Assembly (NCBI GenBank): GCA_965227295.1
Contig: OZ245742.1
Coordinates: forward strand, 3,552,001 to 3,616,000
DNA: 64,000 nucleotides
Origin: Leptonemataceae bacterium
Lineage (GTDB): Bacteria; Spirochaetota; Leptospiria; Leptospirales; Leptonemataceae
Direction: 5' to 3'
The position numbers were made by a program, and so were the translations under genes. The notes below the pieces were generated by a model. It ran no database searches. It was given only the letters and a program-made list of their open reading frames with translations, and had not been told where the DNA came from. Each line of letters begins with the position of its first letter. Positions within the stretch are counted from its first letter, which is position 1. This document shows, piece by piece, positions 39,394-47,868 of the stretch.

Positions 39394-40191
39394 TTACTTC
39401 ACCTCGTTCAATCCCCAATCATAGGACAGGTACTCCAGTTCCACGTTCCCCCGGTTCGCGCGGAGGTCTGTTTGCACGTCCGGGGCGAGGTACGGCAGGA
39501 TCACATCGATGATCGCGGACTCCGGCGCCCCGGGATCCTTTACAAAATCTTCGCGGTACCAATCGAGAATCTTTGATACATACAGCGTACGGGATGTCGC
39601 GTCGTAGCGAGAGTAGCGCGGGTCACGCAGCCAGGCTTGCATTTGATCGTCGAGCTGTGCATCGAGGCGCGGGCCCTCGTAGGCTTCATGGCGGAGCGGC
39701 GGGCAACCGACGGACGCGCAATTGATGGCGCCGTGATGGCGAAAGTCCTGGTAGACCGGCCGCAGGATTTCGTGTTCCACATCGTCCAGGGTGTAGCGTT
39801 GGTCGTGAATGGGAAACTCCCAGGTCCGCCAGATCGTGCGGCCGAAAACGACGCCGAGGTAGAGGCTGCCGAACAAATGCAGCTCGTTGATGCTGTCCAC
39901 GCGTTCGTTGTCGGCGATGAGCTTGAGGGTATGGGCGTTGTAGACGTTCAACCAGAAGGCGATGCGATCGTTGCCGTCCAGGGACGTCGGGTCCGTGGAG
40001 GCGAGTTGGGCGATGTAGTGTTCCAGGCGCGGATCCTCCTGGAGCGCGCCGTAGTCTTTCACAAAGCCATGCGCGAGGTGATCCTGCAGAAGTTCGGTAA
40101 ACAGGGCGTGCCGATCGCCGATCGCGGAAGCAGGAGTAGCTGCGAGTGCGAGGAAGGCTCCGGCGAGGACGACGCGGATCAGGTGGGGCAT
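39394..40191 (-). CDS. DUF547 domain secreted protein
   Basis: AFWLNVYNA, TLDDVEHEILR, AINCASVGCPPL, SKILDWY..DF, YDWGLN. Confidence 0.92.
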   Translation of the reverse strand: MPHLIRVVLAGAFLALAATPASAIGDRHALFTELLQDHLAHGFVKDYGALQEDPRLEHYIAQLASTDPTSLDGNDRIAFWLNVYNAHTLKLIADNERVDSINELHLFGSLYLGVVFGRTIWRTWEFPIHDQRYTLDDVEHEILRPVYQDFRHHGAINCASVGCPPLRHEAYEGPRLDAQLDDQMQAWLRDPRYSRYDATSRTLYVSKILDWYREDFVKDPGAPESAIIDVILPYLAPDVQTDLRANRGNVELEYLSYDWGLNEVK

Positions 40192-40289
40192 GGGAATCTC
40201 CGCTGTTTTAGTAGGTTACTCACCGTGACGGTTACGCCGGGACCGAAATTTCCGCTGGATTTTCTCCGGTTTCTGGTTATCCTGAGTGT

Positions 40290-40517
40290 ATGGCCTACAT
40301 GGCAGTCGGTTCCAGGCAAATCCTCTTCTCGGACACCGCGGCCCCCGCCGCGTCCCGGGACGATATCCGCGAAGTCGCCAACGTCAGCGACAACACCCAG
40401 GCAGAAGCTTCTACACCCGCGGCCACCCCGCAGCCGGAAAACCAACCGGCCACGCCGCCGCCTGCCGCCCCGCCTGCCGCGGGCGATCCCGGTTTCAATC
40501 TCGACGTGTCCGCGTAA
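40290..40517 (+). CDS. Small Pro/Ala-rich protein with C-terminal GxxLDxxA motif
   Basis: 75 aa ending GFNLDVSA; TATCCT 6 nt before the ATG. Confidence 0.5.
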   Translation: MAYMAVGSRQILFSDTAAPAASRDDIREVANVSDNTQAEASTPAATPQPENQPATPPPAAPPAAGDPGFNLDVSA

Positions 40518-40533
40518 ACCCGGAAACCCGTTA

Positions 40534-41392
40534 CGAACCGCGGCTTTTGAACTACGGGAAAGTTTTTGTTTGTTCAAGCACGCCCCGAATCGTGGAATCT
40601 GGATTAAGACTTTTATGGGTACAACTGGTTCCAGCTCACGAGCGGAGGTCAGGCAGGGGAACATGGTAAGGCGGACCGGAACGGCGTCTTCGCCGCAAGA
40701 ATCGCTATGGTAGCTGAGTCGCACAACCAGCGTCCGGGTCGAACGCAGCATACTTCACAAAACGAAACTCCACAACTCCCGCTCAGCTGTAGCCAAAAAA
40801 ATGGCATTTCACGGTTGCGCAACTTACCTTGTGTGTCTCACGGCAACGTGAGCGAACCGCGACTCTTGAACTCCGGGTAAAGCTCGGGTGATTCGTAAAC
40901 GCCCCGAATCTTGGTGTAAGTTGAGGCCAGTCTGGGTTAAGACTTGTATGGGTACAACTGGTTCCAGCTCACGAGCGGAGGTTATGCCGGGGAACGTGGT
41001 AAGGCGGACCGAAACGGCGTCTTCGCCGTAAGAAACGCTACGATATTCCGAACCGCACAACCAGCGTCCGGGTCGAGGCGGACAATCTCAGCAAAACGAA
41101 TCACCACAACTCCCGCTTCGCTGTAGCCAAATCAACCACCCCTTCACGATTGCGCAACTTACCTTCTGTGTCTCACGGTAAACGCCACGAAACACAGCTC
41201 TTGAACTACCGGAAACGTTTTATTCGTTTGCACACGCCCCCGAATCGTGGTGTAAGTAGCGGCCAACGTAAATTAAGCCTTTTATGGGTACGGCTGGTTC
41301 CAGCTGACGCGCGGAGGTTATGCCGGGGAACGTGGTAAGGCGGACCGGAACGGCGTCTTCGCCGCAAGAAACGCAATGGTAGCCGCATCGTA
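40534..41392. repeat. Array 2 of ~330-bp non-coding repeat (copies C, D complete; E partial)
   Basis: Anchor ct[ct]ttgaact at 40544, 40863 and 41198 (periods 319 and 335); same core as array 1. Confidence 0.92.
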
Positions 41393-41402
41393 TAAGTGAG
41401 AT

Positions 41403-42242
41403 TCAGAACTTCAGTGTGATCTCGTAACCCTGATGCTTGCGCATGTTGATGACGCGGTTGCCTTCGAAGATCAGATACTGCCCTTTGATGCCGAGCAATA
41501 GCCCGCTGATCTCCGATTCTTTATCGAAGCCGACGGACTTTACTTTTTCGGGATAGGACTTCACGGGATACTGGATCGCCGTCTTGCGGCCGCCCGCAAC
41601 GGCGTACTGTTTCAGATCTGCCGGTAGCAGTTCGATGATTTTAGCTTTCGCGGCGAGGAGGTCGCGATCGGCGCGTTCGTCCTTCAGCATTTTGCGCCAG
41701 TCCGTGCGGTCGGTGAGATGTTTCTTGAGCGCGACCTCGATGAGCCCGGCCGTGTAACGATTCGGTGTCTTCGCGAGCGGCACGGCCGCGTGGGCCCCCT
41801 GATCGATCCAGCGCGTGGGAACCTGGCTGCCGCGGGTGATGCCGACCTTTACATCGCTCGAAAGCGCCAGGTAGACGACGTGTTCGACCAGGCAATGTTT
41901 CTTCGACCACTCCATGTCCCGGGATTCTCCTGCCTGGGCCCGGCAGAGCTCCGGACGCAGGACGCAGTCGCTCGTTTCCGGCGCCCTCTGGAAGCATGGA
42001 TAGCAGTAACCCTGCGCAAAGGATTTGTTCGTTGCCCGGCCGCAACGAATGCAGTAGATCTTCCCACTGTAACTGAGGATGAGCGGCTTCTTCGAACCGA
42101 CGGCCTTGTTCATTTCGAACTCCGCACTCTTGCGAACTTTGCCCACCCCCGCCGGTTGTTCCAGGGCCAGGGTGTAGCGGACCGGGTCCTTCGCGTTCTT
42201 GCGTTCGGTTTTCATTTTTCGGATGGTACCGGTGATTTGCAT
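41403..42242 (-). CDS. DUF2797 domain protein
   Basis: CIRCGR.T.KSFAQGYCYPC, HVVYLA, KVGITR...PTRWIDQGA, GIKGQYL. Confidence 0.9.
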   Translation of the reverse strand: MQITGTIRKMKTERKNAKDPVRYTLALEQPAGVGKVRKSAEFEMNKAVGSKKPLILSYSGKIYCIRCGRATNKSFAQGYCYPCFQRAPETSDCVLRPELCRAQAGESRDMEWSKKHCLVEHVVYLALSSDVKVGITRGSQVPTRWIDQGAHAAVPLAKTPNRYTAGLIEVALKKHLTDRTDWRKMLKDERADRDLLAAKAKIIELLPADLKQYAVAGGRKTAIQYPVKSYPEKVKSVGFDKESEISGLLLGIKGQYLIFEGNRVINMRKHQGYEITLKF

Positions 42243-42330
42243 GATCGTCCTCGCATTCACGGGTGGGAACATCCGCGAATGCGAGGACAGAAGCCCGAAG
42301 CGCGCGGAGCGTCCAGAGTTTCTCAGGACG

Positions 42331-42708
42331 TCACGCGAAAACCGAGCGCAGGCGCTCGCGGGCCCCCCAGAGGATCACGGCTTCCGTCGTGAGCAGGAAC
42401 GCTCCCATCACGTAGCCGGGCGGGTTGCGCGCGAGGAGCCAGAGATACGGGACGATGTTCGCGATGATCGGCAGCAACAGTAACGCGCCGGCGAGCCGGG
42501 TGCGCGGGAACAACAGCATTATCCCGCCCGCGATTTCGATCAGGCCGACGAAACGCCAGAGATAGCCGGTCGCAACGACGGCCGAAATAAAGAGCGATGC
42601 CTCCGGGCGTACCGGCGGCACCGGCATGAAGGCATAAAATTTGCTCGCGCCGTAGAGAATAAATAGCAGTGCCGCCGTCGTGGCGACGAATCCCGTGATG
42701 ATCTTCAT
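42331..42708 (-). CDS. DoxX family membrane protein
   Basis: TGYLWRFVGLIEIAGG..LLFPRT..AGALLLLPI..NI. Confidence 0.8.
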   Translation of the reverse strand: MKIITGFVATTAALLFILYGASKFYAFMPVPPVRPEASLFISAVVATGYLWRFVGLIEIAGGIMLLFPRTRLAGALLLLPIIANIVPYLWLLARNPPGYVMGAFLLTTEAVILWGARERLRSVFA

Positions 42709-42737
42709 CGAAACCTCCTGGGTCCGCGCAGATTTAG

Positions 42738-42832
42738 TTGTGCGGACAAGTATTCAAGCGGGAAGTAGTTCATCATTTGATTGTCCGGGCAAGTAAAAAA
42801 ATCCCGTGGCCTGAAAAAAGTTGTCAGGACAA
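42738..42832. promoter_or_regulatory. Three putative MarR operator boxes (TTGtc-NN-gaCAA)
   Basis: ttgtgcggacaa at 42738, ttgtccgggcaa at 42781, ttgtcaggacaa at 42821, between divergent doxX and marR. Confidence 0.6.
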
Positions 42833-42854
42833 CCAGTTGGCCGTATTTCGGATC

Positions 42855-43295
42855 GTGGCCCTGCATCTAAACGACCAACCCGGCTATCTTCTCAACCGGA
42901 CCGCGCTGCTCTTCCGGCGCGAGCTCCAGCGGGCCCTGCGCGAGTTTTCCGACATGACCCCGGAGCAGTGGCAGACGTTGAATACCCTCTGGCAGGCGCC
43001 GGATGGGCTGACGCCGACGGAAATCGCCGCCGTTACGCTCCAGGACCTCCCGTCCATTTCCCGGATGGTGGCGCGGATGGAAGAGAGCGGCTGGGTGGAA
43101 CGGCAACGGCTGCCCGAGGACCGTCGTTCGTTTCGGCTGCGCCTGACCCGCCGGGGCCGAGAACTGGAACGCAAGATTCCGGCGCGCCTGCAAAATCACT
43201 TCGAACCCTATCTGGGCGCCCTGAGCGTCGAAGAGCGCCGGCAACTGGTGCACGCGCTGCGCAAACTTCGTTCCGCCCTGGGTGATTCTCTGTGA
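42855..43295 (+). CDS. MarR family transcriptional regulator
   Basis: TPEQWQTL, SISRMVARMEESGWVER, DRRS..L.LT..G; GTG start inferred. Confidence 0.9.
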   Translation: MALHLNDQPGYLLNRTALLFRRELQRALREFSDMTPEQWQTLNTLWQAPDGLTPTEIAAVTLQDLPSISRMVARMEESGWVERQRLPEDRRSFRLRLTRRGRELERKIPARLQNHFEPYLGALSVEERRQLVHALRKLRSALGDSL

Positions 43296-43388
43296 TTCTC
43301 GTCCGGCAAAAAACTATTGCCACGTCTCCACGTTCCCGGAATGTTCTCCGCACGGCTCCACCGGGCTGGAATGTTCAAAATCTCACGT

Positions 43389-43727
43389 ATGGCTGACAAC
43401 TTTCAGATTCAACATTCTCTCGATCGCAGGGTTCCTGTCGTGCAACTCAAGGGAGAAATCACTTCTGAGGCGGAGGAAGCCCTGCTCGAATGTTACGATT
43501 CCATTCCCCGGGACAAGCTCGGGCACGTCGTCTTCGACTTCAGTGAGACGCAGTATATCAACTCGTCCGGCATTGCCGTTCTCATTCAGCTCATCCAGCG
43601 CGCCTCGGACTCCCGCTACAAAATCGAGTTTGCATCGCTGAGTCCGCACTTTCGCAAAGTCATGGATATCGTCGGTTTAACCGACTTCGTAAAAATCCAC
43701 AACAGCCTGGAAGACGCCCTGGGTTGA
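43389..43727 (+). CDS. STAS domain anti-sigma factor antagonist
   Basis: LKGEI, VFDFSETQYINSSGIAVL (phosphorylatable Ser), VMDIVGL. Confidence 0.9.
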   Translation: MADNFQIQHSLDRRVPVVQLKGEITSEAEEALLECYDSIPRDKLGHVVFDFSETQYINSSGIAVLIQLIQRASDSRYKIEFASLSPHFRKVMDIVGLTDFVKIHNSLEDALG

Positions 43728-43749
43728 AGGTCGGGGAGGGACGAACCAA

Positions 43750-44850
43750 TTGGATTTCGTCTTTGCTTCGGATCACGTCTTCATTTCCGGGACCGGCATG
43801 CCCTGGTGGGCGCTGCTCTTTGTCGTTTTTCCCGTGGCCATCGGCGGCTTCGGCGTCTGGGTTCTTCGCAACAGCAAGCGTACCTGGTTCGGCATTGCCT
43901 GGCTCTCGTTCGCACTGACTTTTCTTTCAGCCGTGCCGGTCCTTCTGCAGATCTATACCGGCCTCAGCGTGAAGATCGATGCCGCCGCGCGCAGTGTCCA
44001 CATCCGCGACGACTCCTCCGGCGAGACGGGCTTTGTGGCGGAGTTCGATGATTTTCCGGCCTACGGCAAACGTGTGATTGTGGAAACCGACGATGAGGGC
44101 AGACGTTCCACGACCTACGTCCTGGACCTCATGCATCGGAGCGGGGCGGCGGTGGAACTGGCGGAGCTTTCGAGCGAAGCGGAGTTTCAGGAAAAGCAAA
44201 AGCGCCTGAGCGAAGTCCTGGACCGGCCGCTGGTCGAGTCTCCGGCGGAGTTGCGCAGGCTCGGCGCGCGGTCTTCCGCCGCTGATATTACACCGCAGGA
44301 TGTTTGCGCCGCGCAGTATGCCACGGTGCGGGCGAACTTGCAGAACGATGGAAGTTGCGTGCTCACCTGGAAGAATGCGTTCCCGGCCATGTTGCTTCCG
44401 GGACTGCTCCTGTGCATCACCGGCTTTCTATTTTTGATCGATCGTGTTCATGAACACGGCTGGTCCTGGTGGGCGCTCTTTCCGTTCGGCATCGTGGGTT
44501 TGCTGTTTTTCTCCATCGCCTACGCCGGCGTCCGGGATGCGTCCGCGAGTAGTTCGCTCGTGTTCTCCGACGCTGAGTTCCGCGCGTACACCGAGAGCAG
44601 TGTCTTCGGCCGCACCCTCGAAAGCTCGCTCCCCGTGGCTGAAGTGATCGTCGTGTCCGCTCGAATCTCGGACACCGCGTCGGAGATGGCGTTGATGGAC
44701 CGGGAACTGCGCGCGCCGGCAAGCATCGGCGCCGTCTTCTCGGCGCTGAGCATCGATTACGTCCTGGTCTACACGAACGGCATGTCCGCGGCGGATGTCC
44801 TGCGCATTGCCGACTTTGCGGAACGCCGCCTCCCGCCGCGAGACTGGTAA
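43750..44850 (+). CDS. Hypothetical membrane protein (two TM pairs)
   Basis: 366 aa; two TM hairpins, each followed by a beta-rich segment. Confidence 0.6.
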   Translation: MDFVFASDHVFISGTGMPWWALLFVVFPVAIGGFGVWVLRNSKRTWFGIAWLSFALTFLSAVPVLLQIYTGLSVKIDAAARSVHIRDDSSGETGFVAEFDDFPAYGKRVIVETDDEGRRSTTYVLDLMHRSGAAVELAELSSEAEFQEKQKRLSEVLDRPLVESPAELRRLGARSSAADITPQDVCAAQYATVRANLQNDGSCVLTWKNAFPAMLLPGLLLCITGFLFLIDRVHEHGWSWWALFPFGIVGLLFFSIAYAGVRDASASSSLVFSDAEFRAYTESSVFGRTLESSLPVAEVIVVSARISDTASEMALMDRELRAPASIGAVFSALSIDYVLVYTNGMSAADVLRIADFAERRLPPRDW

Positions 44851-44890
44851 ATTCCCGTAACGTTACGGCGGATTTTTCCCGATGCTTTGA

Positions 44891-45817
44891 ATGATGTTCG
44901 CGCGTTTTTCGGGAATCTTTCGCTGTATTGCCGCCGTGCTCACTACCACCCTGCTGGCCGGCTCCGCCGCCGCGCCCCTGGTCGAACTCCGGGCGCAGTC
45001 CGTGGTGATGCGCGCCCTTCCGGATCCGTACTATCCCCAGCAGCCCAAAGGGCAGTTGCGCTTGAACTATTACTATGATCGCACCGGGCGGTGGGTGAAA
45101 TTCTCGGACTGGATTCCTTTTCAGCAGCGCAAGTGGTCGCCGCGACACTTAGAGGACTTTTACGAACTCTACGGTCTGCCCCATCATTACAAGACCGCCG
45201 AGGTCAAAGAGAGCATTTACTTTCTCGTGCAGGCCCTCACGCATCGTTTTCGCCATCCGCGCCACGCCCTGTGCAAGATCGAAAACGAACGCCAGTACCA
45301 CAAGTACCGGCTCTTAATGTTCATGCAGATCAACTTACTGATCATGCGCATGTATCTGCGCCTGGGATCGCTCTACGACAAACGCCATCTTTACTTCCAC
45401 GACCTGGACTTCGCCGACGACCTGGAGATTTCGTTCTTGATCGCGCGGACGTACTACCGCGAGGCGATTACCTACTGGAAACACGCGCAGAAATACGCCG
45501 ACGAGGCCAACGAGTACCGCTTCGAACTGGATCTGCCCACCATCGAGAGCACGCGCTTCGAGATCGTCACCGGCGAGCTGGATTACGATCGCATCATCCA
45601 GCGGCATTTGTACAAGGTCGAGGCGAAGCTCGGTATGACCTCGGACTTTCTGGATCAGGAGGGGCGTCCGCGCCCGGTGAAGTCCGTGATGCAGGAAGAC
45701 ATCGAGGGCATGTACGACGAAAACTTCACCAGCGAACCCCTGGACCCGCCGGTGCTCGATCCCGAGTGGAAGGAGACGCCGTTGTTCGACGACGTCATCG
45801 ACGAGGAGGGCCGGTAA
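44891..45817 (+). CDS. Secreted hypothetical protein
   Basis: Signal-peptide-like N-terminus; helical Tyr/His-rich body. Confidence 0.65.
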   Translation: MMFARFSGIFRCIAAVLTTTLLAGSAAAPLVELRAQSVVMRALPDPYYPQQPKGQLRLNYYYDRTGRWVKFSDWIPFQQRKWSPRHLEDFYELYGLPHHYKTAEVKESIYFLVQALTHRFRHPRHALCKIENERQYHKYRLLMFMQINLLIMRMYLRLGSLYDKRHLYFHDLDFADDLEISFLIARTYYREAITYWKHAQKYADEANEYRFELDLPTIESTRFEIVTGELDYDRIIQRHLYKVEAKLGMTSDFLDQEGRPRPVKSVMQEDIEGMYDENFTSEPLDPPVLDPEWKETPLFDDVIDEEGR

Positions 45818-45824
45818 TCTCTTT

Positions 45825-45930
45825 GCCACAGAGGCACAGAGAGCACAGAGCATGGTATGATAAGTTTCAGCAGCAATGATGGTCGTCGTATCTTATCGCT
45901 CTTGCTCTGTGTCCTCTGTGCCTCTGTGGC
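45825..45930. repeat. CACAGAG-triplet inverted-repeat element
   Basis: gccacagaggcacagagagcacagagca ... tgctctgtgtcctctgtgcctctgtggc (26/28 complementary). Confidence 0.88.
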
Positions 45931-46762
45931 CAATGGTTCTTCCACGAGCGCCGCGCCTTCGATCGCTCTGGACCACGACTTCTTAACCGCATATGATCTT
46001 TTCTTAAAGCGCTACGGGACCGGGCCGGTCGTCGACGTGCGCGAGGCCTCCACGAACGGCCAGGCCTGGGCGACCTTTCCGTATCCCACCGATCTCTACC
46101 CCGGCCCGCGGCCCGCGCCCGCCGGAGATCTCGCCTGGAACGAGGCGTTGTATCGGCGTGCGCTGAGTCAGTACGAGCGCGCTCTGGACGCCGTGAACGC
46201 CTTTCGCGAACGGGAACAGGAACTCAAAGACGAGCGCGAGAATCTACGCGAAGCGCTCTGGTGGAAACAGATCGACGCCGTGGATCGCATCGAGCGCGTG
46301 GAGCAGCGCGTTCGGGATCGTTATCATCGCGAGACTGCGCAGTACTTTCGCGGGACCTTCGAGTCGCTGGATCGCATCGATCGCGAGAGCCTCGATTCTT
46401 CGGAGCGGGTGGTCGAACTCCGCAAGCGCGCGTATCGATTGTATGCCGTCCACGAAATCGCCCTCGGCGGATTCACGCCGGCGCTGAAAGTACTCGAACG
46501 TTACCAGGACCTGCCGGGGGATCCCTCCGTACGCGAAGAATGGCCGTTGCACTATTATCTGAGCATGTGTTACGCCGCGCAGTTCCGCCGGGGGCGCGCT
46601 AACACCGGCGTAAGTGAAGTTACGCTGCGCGCCCTGCGCCGCCGGAAGAACATCCACAAACTGCGGGCCGTGGAACTGCGGCACGGCCGGAACTCCGAGG
46701 AATTCCGGCGCGTGTTCGCGGATGTGCGGCTTGAGGAACTGGGTTCGCCGCGGTCCGACTAA
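45857..46762 (+). CDS. FcpA-related flagellar sheath/coiling protein
   Basis: LWWKQID, YF..LDRI, EEWPLHYYL, KNIHKLRAVELRHGRNSEEF match motifs I recall from Leptospira FcpA (WYWQKVD, EYPAHKYL, KNVHLLRATELKYG). Confidence 0.7.
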   Translation: MISFSSNDGRRILSLLLCVLCASVANGSSTSAAPSIALDHDFLTAYDLFLKRYGTGPVVDVREASTNGQAWATFPYPTDLYPGPRPAPAGDLAWNEALYRRALSQYERALDAVNAFREREQELKDERENLREALWWKQIDAVDRIERVEQRVRDRYHRETAQYFRGTFESLDRIDRESLDSSERVVELRKRAYRLYAVHEIALGGFTPALKVLERYQDLPGDPSVREEWPLHYYLSMCYAAQFRRGRANTGVSEVTLRALRRRKNIHKLRAVELRHGRNSEEFRRVFADVRLEELGSPRSD

Positions 46763-47859
46763 GACTTGTTCGGCTTGCGAACGCCGTCGATCGTCTCGCC
46801 GTTTTGCTCGGCCGGATCGCCTTCTTCATCGCGCTTCCACAACTGACCGAGCATCACCCAGGCAAAGCCGATCGAAGCCAGCACCAGGCCGGTGATCTGC
46901 GATTGGGTGAAGCCGTACCAGTGCCAGTTCTCGAAGTAGACCGCGGACGGATGCACGACGCGCATGTCGATGTGGTGCGAAAGCGACAACGTTTCGCCGT
47001 CCACCGTGTAGGTCGGTGCATCCAGGATCGGGATGACCGCGTCGTTCAGGCGCAGGAACTCCACCGAGAAACGGGCGAGGCCGTTGAAGATTAAGAACAT
47101 CGCCACCATCATGCCGGGGCGGAAACGCTGATGTCGCACCCACAGCATCAAAAACAAAAAGAGACCGAAAGATAAAAGCGATTCGATCATGGGCGTGTTC
47201 CAGACGCGCACGCCGTCGGAGCACATGTACGGTAACTCCCAGGCCATGTTCGGATCGGTGCCGGCGCAACCACCGCCCTCCGGTCCGTAGACCATGGTGA
47301 GCAGGGGGATGTAGACGCCCGAGGCATGACCGAAGCAACCGTCCCCGCTGATCAAACAACCGAGGCGACCGATGGCATAACCCAGGGCCATGGAAGGCAT
47401 GAACGCGTCGCCGTAACGCCAGATGGGAAACTTGTTCACCCGCAGATAGACCCAGATCGAAAGAAACGCGACGATGAAGCCGCCGTAAAAGACGAGGCCA
47501 CCGCCGCTTAACAGGTTCTCCCAGAAACCTTCGATATCCGGGTCGTCTTCCCAGCGATTGCGCATGCCGCGCCAGGTGAAGAAGACGTAGTAGAACGTAT
47601 TAAAAAAGCCCGTGTCCACGACCCAGATCTTATGCCAGATCTCGAAGACGAAGAAAATCTTCGAGCCAATGATGGCGCCGACGACGGCGATCAAGAGTGA
47701 CCAGTCCGCCGCCTCGGGCTTGAGCCCGCGCCGATGCAGTTCTCGCGGCGCCAGGTACGAGGCCACGAGAAAGGCGATCATCAGCATAATGCTGTAAGTC
47801 GAGATGCCGGTTTTGCCGAGCAGCGTGAAGCCGCCGGGAAAGGGAATTTCACTAATCAT
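46759..47859 (-). CDS. lgt: Prolipoprotein diacylglyceryl transferase
   Basis: GGLVFYGG, GDAFMPSMALGYAIGRLGCLISGDGC, RFSVEFLR, TQSQ. Confidence 0.9.
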   Translation of the reverse strand: MISEIPFPGGFTLLGKTGISTYSIMLMIAFLVASYLAPRELHRRGLKPEAADWSLLIAVVGAIIGSKIFFVFEIWHKIWVVDTGFFNTFYYVFFTWRGMRNRWEDDPDIEGFWENLLSGGGLVFYGGFIVAFLSIWVYLRVNKFPIWRYGDAFMPSMALGYAIGRLGCLISGDGCFGHASGVYIPLLTMVYGPEGGGCAGTDPNMAWELPYMCSDGVRVWNTPMIESLLSFGLFLFLMLWVRHQRFRPGMMVAMFLIFNGLARFSVEFLRLNDAVIPILDAPTYTVDGETLSLSHHIDMRVVHPSAVYFENWHWYGFTQSQITGLVLASIGFAWVMLGQLWKRDEEGDPAEQNGETIDGVRKPNKS

Positions 47860-47868
47860 ATTGTTTCG

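Noticed and set aside
40534..41392. CRISPR array or DGR template/variable repeat interpretation
   Set aside because: The unit is far longer than a CRISPR repeat and the intervening parts are homologous to each other. Differences are not adenine-specific. No cas or reverse transcriptase gene is in the window.
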